Notes: generated by a model not told the origin, from the letters alone. 64,000 bases of DNA from Bugula neritina (GCA_964035545.1 OZ037765.1:12782698-12846697), one strand, 5' to 3'; positions 22,101-32,267 are shown, counted from the stretch's first letter. Numbers and translations are program-made.

Positions 22101-25039
22101 CTATTACTACATGTGGATGTGTCATCATTCATTGTTGCTGTGTTAGTAATAGTGACAGTTAGTGATAAGCATGCATTTACTTACTACAGCTATTTATAAC
22201 ATAAATTTCGTAGGAAAACTAGTTTGGACTAGTTTGTCAAGATTTATCACTAGCCAACAGCTAATGCAAACAAACAGCTGATGCCAGCACAGGGATTGTA
22301 CCCAACTGCCCAATCAGAAACAGGGAGATCCTAATTAATTTTATGGGGCTTTGACACAATGTTTATCAAATGGAGTTTCTATAATTACAATACTTCTAAA
22401 AAATAAATCTGCATGCAAGCCTAATTATTCTAATAACTTTCCATTCAACTATTTCCTTTATAATTATGTCACTTATATGTGAAGGTGAGGGTTATATGGT
22501 AATCTCTCACCAATCTGCTGATTCCAGGTCACCTTTGTATGTAGTTGAGAGTAGTTGAGAATAATCCTGATAAATGTTAGTAATGTTTATATAGTTGAGG
22601 TGGGTAGAAGTGAGGTTCTCTTTGTGGTCGTCTTATGTTTGTCGGCTTCTTTTGTTGGACTTGAGATGGAGCTGTTACTCCCGGACTTGAGAAAGAGTTT
22701 TTACTATAGAATGACACTCTTTGCTATGACTCTTGCTTTAGAGTGACACTCTAGCTTATACAGCCTGACTAGGAATAGGGAGGGTTTTAGACGTGATCAG
22801 AGTTTATTTGAGTCACCAAATACTGACCAAACACTGACCGTAAAAACTAAAATAATAATGATACAACATAAGGCATAAGGCAAACAAAATGTACGTAATA
22901 TAATAAGTATGTATGTAAAAGCACTAGCAATGTATATTATAAATTGTAGATAGCAGCATGAAATAATGATTCAACATAGCATGCAACTACAGCCCATATT
23001 ATTAAAAACTTTATAACATAAAAATGTAATAACGATATATAATTGTAAATAGATGTTCATTACCTCTTTTCTCTCTCTCCTAGTCTACTGTTATGTTAAT
23101 GCTGTGGCTTTGCACAGTCTTTCAAATAATGCTACTCTTTAGTAGTCTTACATAAATTTGATGCTGTCCAAACTGACAGCATGACTCTAACAATATTGCA
23201 ACTACTAAAAATGGTTTTGTCTTATATACTAATCCATTTGATAAACATTATTGTGTTGTAAGAGGTATGATTTTACAATTTACTATTTTGGGGTAGGATC
23301 TTACTGTTTCAAGAAGTGGGCTGAAGTAAACAAGCATCGTGTGACATCACAGCTGATGCAAGCATAGCTGCTGACTATGAATCATTCTACATGCGTAGCT
23401 ACTGTTTTGGGGTAGTGATTAAAGAAGCATTAGGTAGACTACTAGCAGCTAGTGGTTAGGCTAATTTGAGGTTAATGACATTGTGATTGTGTGTGATTGT
23501 ACTACAAGTTATAATATCTGTAAACATCCTATTTCGTAACATTACAATGTACATATAGGCATGATTTAAACCTGAAATCATTCTTAAATAAAGACTTATG
23601 TACGTTTTATACTTTTGCATTATTTTGCTCTATGGAGTGATATTTGTAGTGAAATTTATTGCAATTTTTATGAATGTTGATTTTCTTTATATTTAGAGTA
23701 TCTTCCTCAACATATTCAACTCTCAGTGAAGACGTAGAGGCGATGGCTGACAAACTAAATATACTAAAAGTTGACGAGGTTGTTCAACATCTCAGGTAGA
23801 TTATGTCATATGATTAAATTTTGCAATCCATAGACTTAGTACCAAGTTACTATTAATATATGATGATTTTGATCATATAGTTAGGGAGCAGCAGTGATCT
23901 AGGAGTTAGGGCACTGTCTTAATAAACACAAGGTTGGCTGTATAATCCCCAGTAAAGGTGATGTTAGGAAGAGCGTTCAGTCATAATTGCTCCTTTGCCA
24001 TAATCGGAAACAAGTCTATAGCCTACTTAAAAATACCCTTTCCATTAGGGATGGTGACTATAAACCCACAATATCACTGAATAGTTTGATTATGGCCCTG
24101 ATCAGCTTTCGGTCATCTGGTCCAATTAAAACAAATTTTACATTACAGGTCTCACCTTTTGGAAGAAAAAGAGTTACTTATACAAGACGTGAAATTTCTC
24201 CAGGAATGTATTGAGGAGGAAAATGAAATATCGGTCTCATCTAATGCAGTAGATCCTACCATTAGTGGTGAGTCATTAAACAAAAAGGAAATAATATTAT
24301 TATGATTCATAATCCCAATACTAAACATAACAACATAATAATCAAATATATTGTTGATTACATCAACTAAGAATTACATTCATTATATTTGATTTTTAGA
24401 GCTACGTGAAGAAAGGTTGAAACTAGAAAAAGAAATGCTTTCCGATATATTTGTGTAAGTATTTTAATATTTACAGTTTACACTAACTAAATTGTCATTT
24501 TAACTAGTGAATGAAAATCAGAACATCCTTGACAACTGTATAGCTGCTCTTTGATTTGAGCATTACTTACCTATTAACTATGTCCACATAAATTGCTGAA
24601 TTTCATAATTTGTTTTTCAGTGTTGTAATACTAGCTTCATTGCTCAAATAAACGCCAGAATTTATAATATAATTATGCTAAACACACAAGCCTGTAATTG
24701 GTCAGCATGTCAAATATTATTAATTGATTTTTCAGAAATCAAAGATCTCTGCAAAAAGGTGTTGCGTGTTTAAAGCCCGCCAGTGCCAAAAAGCGAATAT
24801 CCGTGATTCCAATGAACAAGCCTTTAAAAGCTGTGCATCTATCAGCCCCTGATGGCATAGTCTTGTCTGGCAATGTGCCAGAGAGTGTAGTCGCCAAGAC
24901 ACAACAAACATTGCATGAACAACTCTCCGATGACTCATCACATTACTCTCAGACTTTGCCTTCAAGTCACATGACTCGGCCATCATCGGCAAGGAGATTT
25001 CGGTCTATGATAATGGATGCAAGATCAGTAAACAGCTGA
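13167..25039 (+). CDS. CCDC24: Coiled-coil domain-containing protein 24-like, ~351 aa; exons 13167-13367, 13933-14051, 14185-14343, 23697-23795, 24149-24267, 24400-24454, 24736-25039
   Basis: All introns are GT-AG and phases join into 1056 nt of open frame. CCDC24-like motifs: SLWKLVEQHV..EIKSVLGADLVDETLELHTELDAFLEIW, LPEPPGVRDRLIQEI, LNILKVDEVVQHLRSHLLEEKELLIQDVKFLQECIEEE, PTISELREERLKLE. Confidence 0.8.
14572..14694. mobile_element. Palindromic MITE-like element (family A), 123 bp
   Basis: CGAGTTGTTCTATAAGCAGCT...TGCAGTAGTTTGGG pairs with CCCAAACTACTGCA...AGCTGCTTATAGAACAATTCG. Partial copies at 5760 and 32189. Confidence 0.75.
15503..16344 (-). repeat. 3' LTR of the Bel/Pao element
   Basis: Direct repeat of 22705-23546 with no differences found by eye. 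Minus-strand termini are TGTAATG...CATTCTATA. Confidence 0.97.
16345..16355 (-). other. Polypurine tract
   Basis: AAAGGGGGGAG directly abuts the TG of the 3' LTR on the minus strand. Confidence 0.9.
16451..22132 (-). CDS. Bel/Pao gag-pol polyprotein, 1893 aa
   Basis: Three Gag zinc knuckles (CLYCNYSNHSTHEC, CFGCLRIGHMTKEC, CKICQKRHPTVTH); protease ALLDSMS; RT with WYIPHFGVYHPKK, IRVVFD and FYVDDGL; Pao RNase H (HFCDAS, WTDS); integrase HHCC plus D-D-E (GCDVFGP, SDCGTNFVG, GGVWER). Confidence 0.97.
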   Translation of the reverse strand: MNDDTSTCSNSIRISSRVKTLSTKGKQLEVEKRLKSVTSAIKRFRSRHAATDNHDNEFWDDIQRIMLDADADLAILKSLAPSHPHLEDLTQQINSIHEQCKGESHSVHASSKHTSKASSFISAKTKLQVAQLESEMEAMQRQAELERQLANVQLELSKSKLLEKQKQLRIRQEIIEEHDVDVRDELAEYLDNCQPIVNQESNSEVIFSRPVEVLQSNQPQQIGSMQNNESQHSTCSNEYLATCLTKAIQANNVPKPPIFRGNPLDFIDWEYAIESYIKDKMIGDDGKMYVLKQHVDGPAREAISGLCSLHTLAAYQKARIILKERFGSEFTVANEFRKKINAWPKMKPHEHKQIQSFSDFLTHCEIAAKDIKELEILNDCEKNLELMSKLPDNMINRWKREVTTHRKNHRSYPSFSQFVKFVQTEAEILNDPITSSLLGSRVIDSNKPQKHNNKGISFATSIEKHSPDVESTENHKAKLCLYCNYSNHSTHECRKLASIPVDQKQKFITSKRLCFGCLRIGHMTKECRNRATCKICQKRHPTVTHRSNQPATQANNSNTKVETVQVNEVASSNNPEQVTANSNNTVAKTNGLCSMVVPIYLATVDNPNEEVLTYALLDSMSDTTFVTSRVVSKLQTATSKPVSLKLTTMTADNLEMKCKVYNNLTIRGLNMHEQIQVGKTYSRDSIPINKQHIPTPEIANRWPHLKCIAGEIPQGLDIEIGMLIGYDNSRALVPLETKIGPAINDPFALRTPLGWCIVGNSGKHETNSFPTCNRAMAHEQNLSSDILNVLQQDYTDTKYIGTHKMSQEDAKFLDNMRNNIKQREDNYYSMPLPFKNAKPQLPNNRQLAVHRLDTLKTKMLKDQKYRTDYVAFMTDIINNGDAELVPTTCEASNHQWYIPHFGVYHPKKNKIRVVFDCAAKFKNTSLNDHLIQGPDFMNNLVGVLHRFRKGQIAVMCDIQKMFHMFKVHESDRDYLRFLWFKDETMTDIVEYRMTVHLFGAKSSPACATYGLRTLARDHGDSGTDSDKQAVNFIENDFYVDDGLMSLDSQEQIVSVIKSAIDICAKGNVRLHKFVSNDQAVLATIPESEHAETMKDLNLNTDMPVERVLGVHWCIKNDEFQFKASMKEKPHTRRGVLSTIASVFDPLGFLSPVILIGKNILQEMCKDKADWDDALKPELENSWVTWQRELAELPQIKISRCLKPKSLSTIRLTELHHFCDASNNGLGQCTYLRLVDVNDNIHCTLLSAKSRVASIKPITMPRAELMAAVLSSKMSTVVTTELAMPITNEYFWTDSKVVLGYIHNTTKKFQPFVANRVQQILSKSKAAQWNYINTSINPADIASRGASIKKLLSTDWFQGPKFLWQPDLSHMLNTDSNYEIDSSDPEVKLCLQTNTEPQSKCSLEQHLSRFSDLKNAIKAVSAVKRLVKHKGSITPRLTIDDLTDAKHLIMQWVQRESFSDEYCRLSKDKCVSKDSKLAKLDPFLDKHGLIRVGGRLRDSQLNYNEKHPVMLPSNSHVTKLVIKQCHEKVAHQGKNLTISEIKSTGYYIIGISRVVSSYIHQCITCRKQRHAPMTQKMADLPVERVEPAPPFTYVGCDVFGPFIVKDRRAELKKYGLIFTCMASRAIHLEILDDMTTDAFINALRCLIAIRGPIRQLRSDCGTNFVGAFKELKSNQTRIQSFARENDLDFVTNVPSASHMGGVWERQIRSVRNVLNSMLDMHKTRLDSTTLRTFFYEAMAIVNGRPLNTLDDGNTPLTPNQLLTMKSKHVPPPPGQFDQNDMYSNKRWRQVQSLANSFWTKWKTQYLHNLQGRQKWHKPQSNIRKGDIVLVKNENTHRNEWPIARVIETHETRDDLIRKVKVQLATTELNSKGVRLAPPTYLDRPIHKLIYLFTP
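22689..22704 (-). other. Non-tRNA primer-binding site position (GTAAAAACTCTTTCTC)
   Basis: Immediately follows the 5' LTR on the minus strand, lacks TGG, and is complementary to LTR-internal sequence (see findings). Confidence 0.7.
22705..23546 (-). repeat. 5' LTR of the Bel/Pao element
   Basis: Direct repeat of 15503-16344. Minus strand has AATAAA at 22808-22803 and TATATAA at 23228-23222. Confidence 0.97.
23883..24068 (+). mobile_element. Degenerate tRNA-derived SINE-like repeat
   Basis: Decayed A/B-box-like head, then a body (GGTGATGTTAGGAAGAGC...CATAATTGCTCCT...CCCTTTCCAT...GACTATAAAC) shared with 40817-40937. Confidence 0.6.
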
Positions 25040-25639
25040 ACTACATTTGAACAAATAAATTATCGGTGCTATTGCATACAGAAAATGTAACTTCTACTGT
25101 GTATACCAAACATGTAAGACATGCATTGGGAACAAACTGATTATTATATCCTAAACTGGACAAATCAAGCTGTGTTTGAAATTCTGTGCAAGCTGTGGAA
25201 GTGCGGTGATGTTTGCTGAGAGCATGTTTTTTAGTATCTTTTATTTGAGAACATGGTCAGATTTTTAAAAGAGATATTTATCAAAATGTTATCATAAATT
25301 TATATCAACATCAACTGTAGGTAAACAACTACAGTTATGAATAAAAGTTTGTGATATAAAAATACATACATGTACATAAAAACAATACTATACATTATTT
25401 TACAGAAAAATCAAATGAAAAAGAGCTATATTTAAAATATTCAAGTTTAATAATGTTAAAATGAAATTTTCCATATAATTCTGAGGTTGGCCAACAAGCA
25501 GATATTAAGTTGTGAGATGGGGCTAAATACCAGCAAAATGACTGAAGTATTTGGAGGAAACAGCAATCTAATGAATGTAATTAATTTTTACAAGAAACTA
25601 AATAAAGTCATCATCGAGCATGAATGACAGTTACATAAG

Positions 25640-28188
25640 TTACATATTAGTATTATCAAACCAGCACATGCTCTTTTTGAGCACAGGAAACTGGTACTGT
25701 CTATTCAACCCACAAGTCTTGATACCACATTTATAAGGCTTGTTGTCGACTACATCCTTACAATATTTCAGACTGCAAGGGTACCAGTCTATAGCAAAGC
25801 GGTAGCCACATGCACACGGAACTGACGAGTGAGATGTATGAGCGCACACAGGCAATCTGATTGTATTTAAAGGCTTGGTACTGCTCACCATAGTCTCGTA
25901 ATCTTTACCCGAGTCTGAAAAGAATAATTTATCACACAATCTTTATTAAATTAATATTTCACAGTAATTCAGTTTTCTCATACACAAATAATGGTAATTC
26001 AGGAGATGCCACTGGTTAAAATTATAGAAAGCTGACAAGAATACTACAGTGAGAGCTATTCAGATATATTTCATAGTGGAGACAAGTTTTCAAAAAACAA
26101 ACCTTGCAGCTAAAACTTTCTTAACTTAAATGGCTGAATATACCGAACTTAGAATGCAGTTGAAACATTTTGAACTTCACTGAACATAAAACCTCAATCT
26201 TTAGCTAAAGTTGTGACTAGAAAATATTATAAATGTCAAACATCTTGTAATTTTGCTCATTAACTGATTCTGTTTTATTTTTAGCAACTTCATAATGTGA
26301 TTTAAATTAGTAATGCTTTGTTTAATTTAATGTTACAGTTGATAGGTTGGTAACGGTTATAAAAATTCAATGTTTACACATGAAATAGTAAAAATTTTGT
26401 AGGTTAGTCATCCTGTTTACATGTATGAAGCGTTGTTAGTTTAAAAATCTATCGGCTCAGACTTATGGACCCAGCAGTGCAAACAATTAACTACATCTCA
26501 ATTTATCCCAAGGATCATCTCAGATAAATTCAACTGGAGCAAGTTTACTTAGCGTAGAGCCACACGACGCGGGATTCCCCATGCGGGTTCAAATTGCTGG
26601 AAAAACCCGTTGTGGAAACGACCTGCCACACACAATGCGTGTGTTGTAGATGCGGGATTGTATTAGCTAATGATCTTGGAGTCTAACTTTACTGCTCGCA
26701 TACAGACGTTTGTTTTTAAATCTACATCATCGGCAAAGTGACTAGATATTATAAAAGCGGAAATGCAAATTACATGAAACTGTTTTAATTCAGTTCGCTA
26801 AACTAAAACACAAATTGAAATTAAAAAAGTGTGCTCCCTAAATGATAATAAGCCAATTAGATTAAACCAGCACGAGCTTGCCGCTCTTCTCGCTCAGCAT
26901 GTTACCCGCATGAAAACCTGCACAAAACAGCCCATTTTTGGGCTAGGCAGGTTTTCCCACACGTCGTGTGGCAAACGTTTGGTAAATGCACAACAGAAAA
27001 AAGTTAAACTACACCATTGTGTTGTGAACCTGGTAAATATAATCACATTAAACTACTTCCATAAAATTCTAGATCCACAATTCTTTCTTGAACATACACT
27101 TAAAATAGCAGAAATACACCAACGCTAATATAATTGTATGCATGAAGATATGAACGACACAATACCTGAGCAAAATTACTACATTAAACACATGTAATGC
27201 ATATTTATTATACCTTTAGCAGCCTTCAACAAATCTTCATTAGTTGTGAAGATAAAGTCCCCAGCTCTACTGCACAGACGTTGTATATGATTGCTAAGCA
27301 AATGTGCAGTTGAAAACCGCACAGATAAATTAGCTGTCTTCACAATGTCAGCCAAACGATCCTCGCTTGTTCTAATAGTTTCTTGCTTCTTCTATAAAAA
27401 TTATGCACATACATTAAATTTGTAAAGGACTGCAAAGTTTACCCTAATTTTATGCTGTTTTAACAAAGAAAGCATTTATAACAGGAAAACCACAATCCTT
27501 ATTCATCTTTTGGCTAAAGGTACTATAGACTTTTCAGGATTTTTCTTGATGACATGCTAATGGTCTTACTTGAGCAACACTGTTATATTTACAATTTATA
27601 ATATTAGTTATTTTTTCACAAACTTTCTTGCCCAGCAAAGACAGATTTGGCTGTTAGTTTCACTTGCATGAAGAAATTTCAACATAATATAATTACATGA
27701 AATTTGTAGGCGTGCTTCAATACAGCTAAATATTTTTATTATCATTGTTTACATTGTTTGTGAACAGATTGAATAAATATGGCAAGTACTTTAAATTGCT
27801 TGAAAAAAACCTGTCAATTTCAATTATAGTGTATTAAAAGGATTAGATATACCTGTCGGAGTTTGGACACAGCTCCAGGTTCAATGAACTCAGCGGTTTT
27901 GAAATAGCTGAGGAAACATAACACTTGAAATGGAGGCTGATTGAGATCCATTTCTCCATAGACTATTATTTGAAATAAATTCAGATTTGATTTAAAATCT
28001 ACCACTTGAGTCACTTTTGTCAGATCCCAATCTTTATATTCTAACATAATAGAAGAATCAGCGACATCTTCTTTAATTGACTGTTTGATAACATTACCAG
28101 CCTGGGTCTTGACGTTAACTATGAACTCGGACAGTATTTCGGTCGAGGTAAATACCAGAGCCAGTAGCACCAAACGGGAGAAACTCAT
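25640..28188 (-). CDS. OAF: Out-at-first protein homolog, ~262 aa; exons 28188-27853, 27391-27214, 25914-25640
   Basis: Signal peptide; GEMDLNQPPFQVLCF, AVSKLRQKKQETIRTSED, and the Cys-rich C-terminus WYPCSLKYC...YKCGIKTC...CWFD are typical of OAF. GT-AG introns are in phase (789 nt). Confidence 0.9.
26551..26979. mobile_element. MITE with imperfect terminal inverted repeats (possibly PIF/Harbinger-type) in OAF intron 2
   Basis: AGCGTAGAGCCACACGACGCGGGA ... TCCCACACGTCGTGTGGCAAACGTT, with CpG-rich subterminal regions. Superfamily assignment is tentative. Confidence 0.55.
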
Positions 28189-29461
28189 GCTTACGATCTG
28201 CTTGCTCTATGACATTTGTTCAAAGTCTCTCAAGCATGAACAAAACCTAGAAACCTACAATTTATATGCATAGAGTGGAACTCAATAATGAAAGTATACA
28301 AAATGCTGTAGCAATTTGTTCAGATAAATAATCAACCCAAGTATAGTGAAATATTTCTCAACTGCATGGATATGCAGAAAAATGTGATTACTTGGCTTGC
28401 ATTTCCAATCACTAGTCTAGAGGTTAGATTCTACAGAAAAGTAAATAACTAAATTCAAATTTTGAAGTCACATTATTACCATCTATAAAATTTTTAGCTT
28501 CCAATCAGCTGTACGTGATTTGGCTTTATATTAGTAACAATTAGAACTGAAGTCAGCAAAAAAATTATTAAAATACTTCTTGGAAAAATAAGAACCATTG
28601 TGCTAATTATGATCATATTTGATATATTATTTATTTCTAATATATGAAAAGCACAGCTACAAAAAGTTTCACTGTAAAAAAATTAAAGTTAAAGCTTTCT
28701 CTAGAACAGAAGTTCCAAGCCCCTTTGTGCTATTGCCACTTTTGTTGACCTTCATTATCAATTTTCCCCTTTCAAAGATTTCCATTTACTTTAAAGTCAG
28801 TCAGAATAAGTTAGGCCCTGTTCTATCTGTGCTATTAGATTTGATTATGCAATATAACAATATTATAGATGTGTAAATAATAGATCAGTTCCATTTAATG
28901 TATTGGGTTTAGCTGATGATTTTGTCAGTTTAATTAACTCTGACTCGTTATTTGATAGTTTATAATGGGTGCATGCCAGGCCACCTTCCAGATTTATTAT
29001 AAAATATTACTCTTGTAGCATTAATAACACTTACACTTTATCATTATAATTATAAGCATAATCTACCAAACATGCTAAATATAACTACAAGTACAACTAT
29101 AAACATTACTTTGGGAAGTTATTAAAATGAGTATTAGTATTAGTGAGCTTTACATAATTACAATAATTAATATTAATTCAATAACTTAATTGCAATACTA
29201 ATCAATACAATATAAACCTATAAGAAAATCTACAAGTAAAGAGAAAAAACAGCTGGATACTAAAAGTAAATAAATAAAAAAATAAAATATTAATGCAAAT
29301 AGCAGTGGTTATATTTACAGTAACAAAAATAATAAATATAATTGCAAATAATAAATGATTCATGAATCAGTATCACTATCTAAAAAGAAACCGAATCAAA
29401 TCTAAAAGCAATGTGAATGTGCTACAGGTATAACTATCATCTGTCTATTGCTTAAACTTAA

Positions 29462-30066
29462 AGAATCCCTGACATACTTCACTTGTGCAGTATTCAAATA
29501 ATTATATATATATATATATATATATTAGTTTTCATCTAAAGACTGCTTTAAGGTTGTATGCTTAAACAATTTTGTTTTATAATGAATTTTGTGCAGGTAT
29601 GTGCTGTAATGATTTGGTATTTCCAATGGCTTTCGGACTACATTTCAGGCCGGCTTTGACTTTACTGCTACTATAAAACTTCTACTGATTATAGCCAACT
29701 TTCATTGCATGCTATTGTTAGCTGCTGCACTGCACAGCCTAATCACTGATATGGCTTGAAAGTTCAAAGTTTAAACATTCAAGCCATATCAGTAATTAGG
29801 TTGTGCGGTGCAGCAGCTAACAATAGCATGCAATGAAAGTTAGCCATAATTAGTAGAAGTTTTATAGTAGCTGTAAAGTTAAAGCCGGCCTGAAACGTAG
29901 TCCGAAAGCCGTTGAAAATCCCAAATCATTTCAGCACATACTAGCACAAAATTCATTATAAAACAAAATTGTTTAGGCATACAACCTTAAAGCAGTCTGT
30001 AGATGAAAACCAATATATATATAAAAGTACTTCAATACTGAACAAGTGAAGTGTGTCTGGGATTCT
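29462..30066. mobile_element. 605-bp fold-back non-autonomous DNA transposon, Kolobok-like
   Basis: The element is a near-complete palindrome with ~300-bp arms. Termini AGAATCCC...GGGATTCT are flanked by TTAA on both sides (29458-29461, 30067-30070). Confidence 0.8.
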
Positions 30067-30229
30067 TTAAATTAAAACTCTACAACTTATAAATATAAAT
30101 ATAAGTATAACTATTTAAACTAATAGTAATAATAATACTAACACTAAATCTAATATTTTTAGTATTAGTATTAATATTACTATAACTATTAGTTTCAATA
30201 GTTATACTTGTATTTATAAATTGTAGAGA

Positions 30230-31345
30230 AGTTATGAAAAGCTAGACAGTGTACTTCATCATCAAAAACATGGCTTCAAAAGAGGGCTGTCCTGTCAGAC
30301 TGAATTGTGTGCTACCTACTATGACCTAGTGAAAGCAACCAATGAGGTACACATTACCTATGCAGTAGTTATGAACTTCAAAAAAGCTTTTGACAAGGTA
30401 TCTCACCTTATGTTACTTCAAAGAGAGCAGGAAATACCAGGTATAAACGAATGCCGCTTTAACTGGGTATTTCATTTCCTATCTGACAGGCAGTAGGTAA
30501 GTGTACTGAGGGGAGGGGGCAAGCTCTCAAAAGTGTAAGGTAACCCCGAGAGTGCCACAGGGCCTTGTGCTAAGACCAACCCTATTTATAAATGATCTTC
30601 CGGATATGTTGTCGGGCAAAGTTAGCCTCTATGCTGATGATAACTTACTTTACCAAACTTTAAACATCACCAAGGATGTAGAAGTGTTCCAAAATGACAT
30701 CAACGCTGTCAATGAGTGGTCCATAAAATAGAAAATGCCCTTCAATGAAAAGAAATGCTAGGCTATTACCTTTAGTAAAGTAACCCACATATCGCATTAC
30801 AAACTCGGTGCCGAATGCTTTGCATGGGCAGAAAATACCAAATACTTTGGGGTAACAATGCAGTCAGCCCTAAGATTTGATCAGCACATAAATGAGAAGT
30901 GTACCAAGTCCTGGAAAGTCTTTGGAGGGATCAAACACATGATGCCCAAAGGAGGCTAAGCTATTAGCTTATGCAAGTCTCTATACTTGATTACGCGGAT
31001 GTAGTTTGGGATCCCGCGACTAGAAGCAAGGTGCATGATATGGAGCAGGTCCAGAACAGATCCTTACGATTCATAAGCAATCTGAAGGGAAGCACTGACC
31101 GTGTATCTGAGGCGAAGAATGAGTTAGGACTCCGGTCACTGGAAGACAGAAGAAAAAACTATTGACTGTGTTTACTGATCAGAATGCTTCAGAATGAGGA
31201 TCACCACCGAACGCTATCCAGAGCCTATGACGAGATCATTGAAGACAGGGGCTGCCAAAGGAAAGCTTATAATCTAGATATCAGCTAGGAGGAGCATGTC
31301 CCACGCTAGTTTTCTGCCCCGAACAATTCGTGAGATGCGCGGAGA
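30230..31345 (+). pseudogene. Degraded 5'-truncated LINE reverse transcriptase (CR1/L2-group-like)
   Basis: HGFKRGLSCQT, FKKAFDKVSH, VPQG, LYADD, LDYADVVWDP, SLEDRR and SFLPRTIREM motifs, broken by stops and frameshifts. Confidence 0.85.
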
Positions 31346-32188
31346 ATGTTATAAATAATTACACAGGAGCAAATGCTGTAGGAAATGCTAACCCTGGCCA
31401 AATACGAGTTGCCACTAGAGGCTTTCCTATAGACATTCCAGTTGCTGCGGAAGTCCTACCTCAACTAAGGTAATAATAAACAGGTAGTGGTACAGCGTAA
31501 AAGTAGAACATCAAGATTAAGTATAAGTATAACTGTAAGATTAACTTCAGGTTTTACCCAAGTAAATACTAATAGCATATTGGTGTCACTGTTAATATCG
31601 ATATTGAATTTGATCTTTAGTTTGCAATTAAAATTACTAACAGAGGATAGTTATACATTAAGTTATAGACTTATACTCATATGGATATTTATAGGTAATG
31701 TCAATGCCATAGTGATATTTTAATTTATACTCAATATCAATATGAATATGAATATGATACTCATTTACTTTTACTTTTAGTTTTACATTTACATTATCAC
31801 TATGATTATCATTGAAGACATATCTTTATCATTGGTGTTCATATTGATATTGAGTCAATGATACATTTTAAGTATAACTATAACTATAAGTGATATACTT
31901 ATACTTAACTTATAACTTATAATTTATAGTTATACCGTTAAACTAAAACTTAATGATAGTTAATGTTATACTTCTAGAACTTTATAGAATCAGATATTAT
32001 TAATATTAATATTATTACTTACTCTTGGTCTTATGAATTCTAAATGGAAACAATATAATTATAATTCAAAATTATTATTGCACAATTTAAATTAAATGAT
32101 TACTTGCTTTAAAATACTCATTGGAGAGAATTGAAGTCATAGTCAAAGTGTAAGTGGTGTCACTCTTCAACACTAGCAGTGCCCAAAA

Positions 32189-32267
32189 TTCCCCAACTCC
32201 AAACTCAAGAATCACAAACGACTGCACTCAGTCACCCCCAACTCGGACCTGCTTATAGAACCATTCG
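32189..32267. mobile_element. Partial copy of MITE family A
   Basis: AAACTCAAGAATCACAAACGACTGCACTCAGTCACCCCCAACTCGGACCTGCTTATAGAACCATTCG matches the right half of 14572-14694. Confidence 0.7.

Larger units (their letters stand above)
15503..23546 (-). mobile_element. Full-length Bel/Pao LTR retrotransposon (8044 bp) in CCDC24 intron 3, antisense to the host gene
   Basis: Two 842-bp direct repeats, 5-bp TSD ATGTA (15498-15502 and 23547-23551), PPT, and a single intact gag-pol ORF with domain order PR-RT-RH-IN. Confidence 0.97.

Noticed and set aside
16476-22199. Many short plus-strand ORFs within the retrotransposon
   Set aside because: Antisense shadows of the gag-pol ORF; no env-like or extra ORF is evident.
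25640-25642. Stop-codon readthrough as reported for Drosophila oaf
   Set aside because: The stop here is TAA at the conserved C-terminus, with no sign of an extended ORF.
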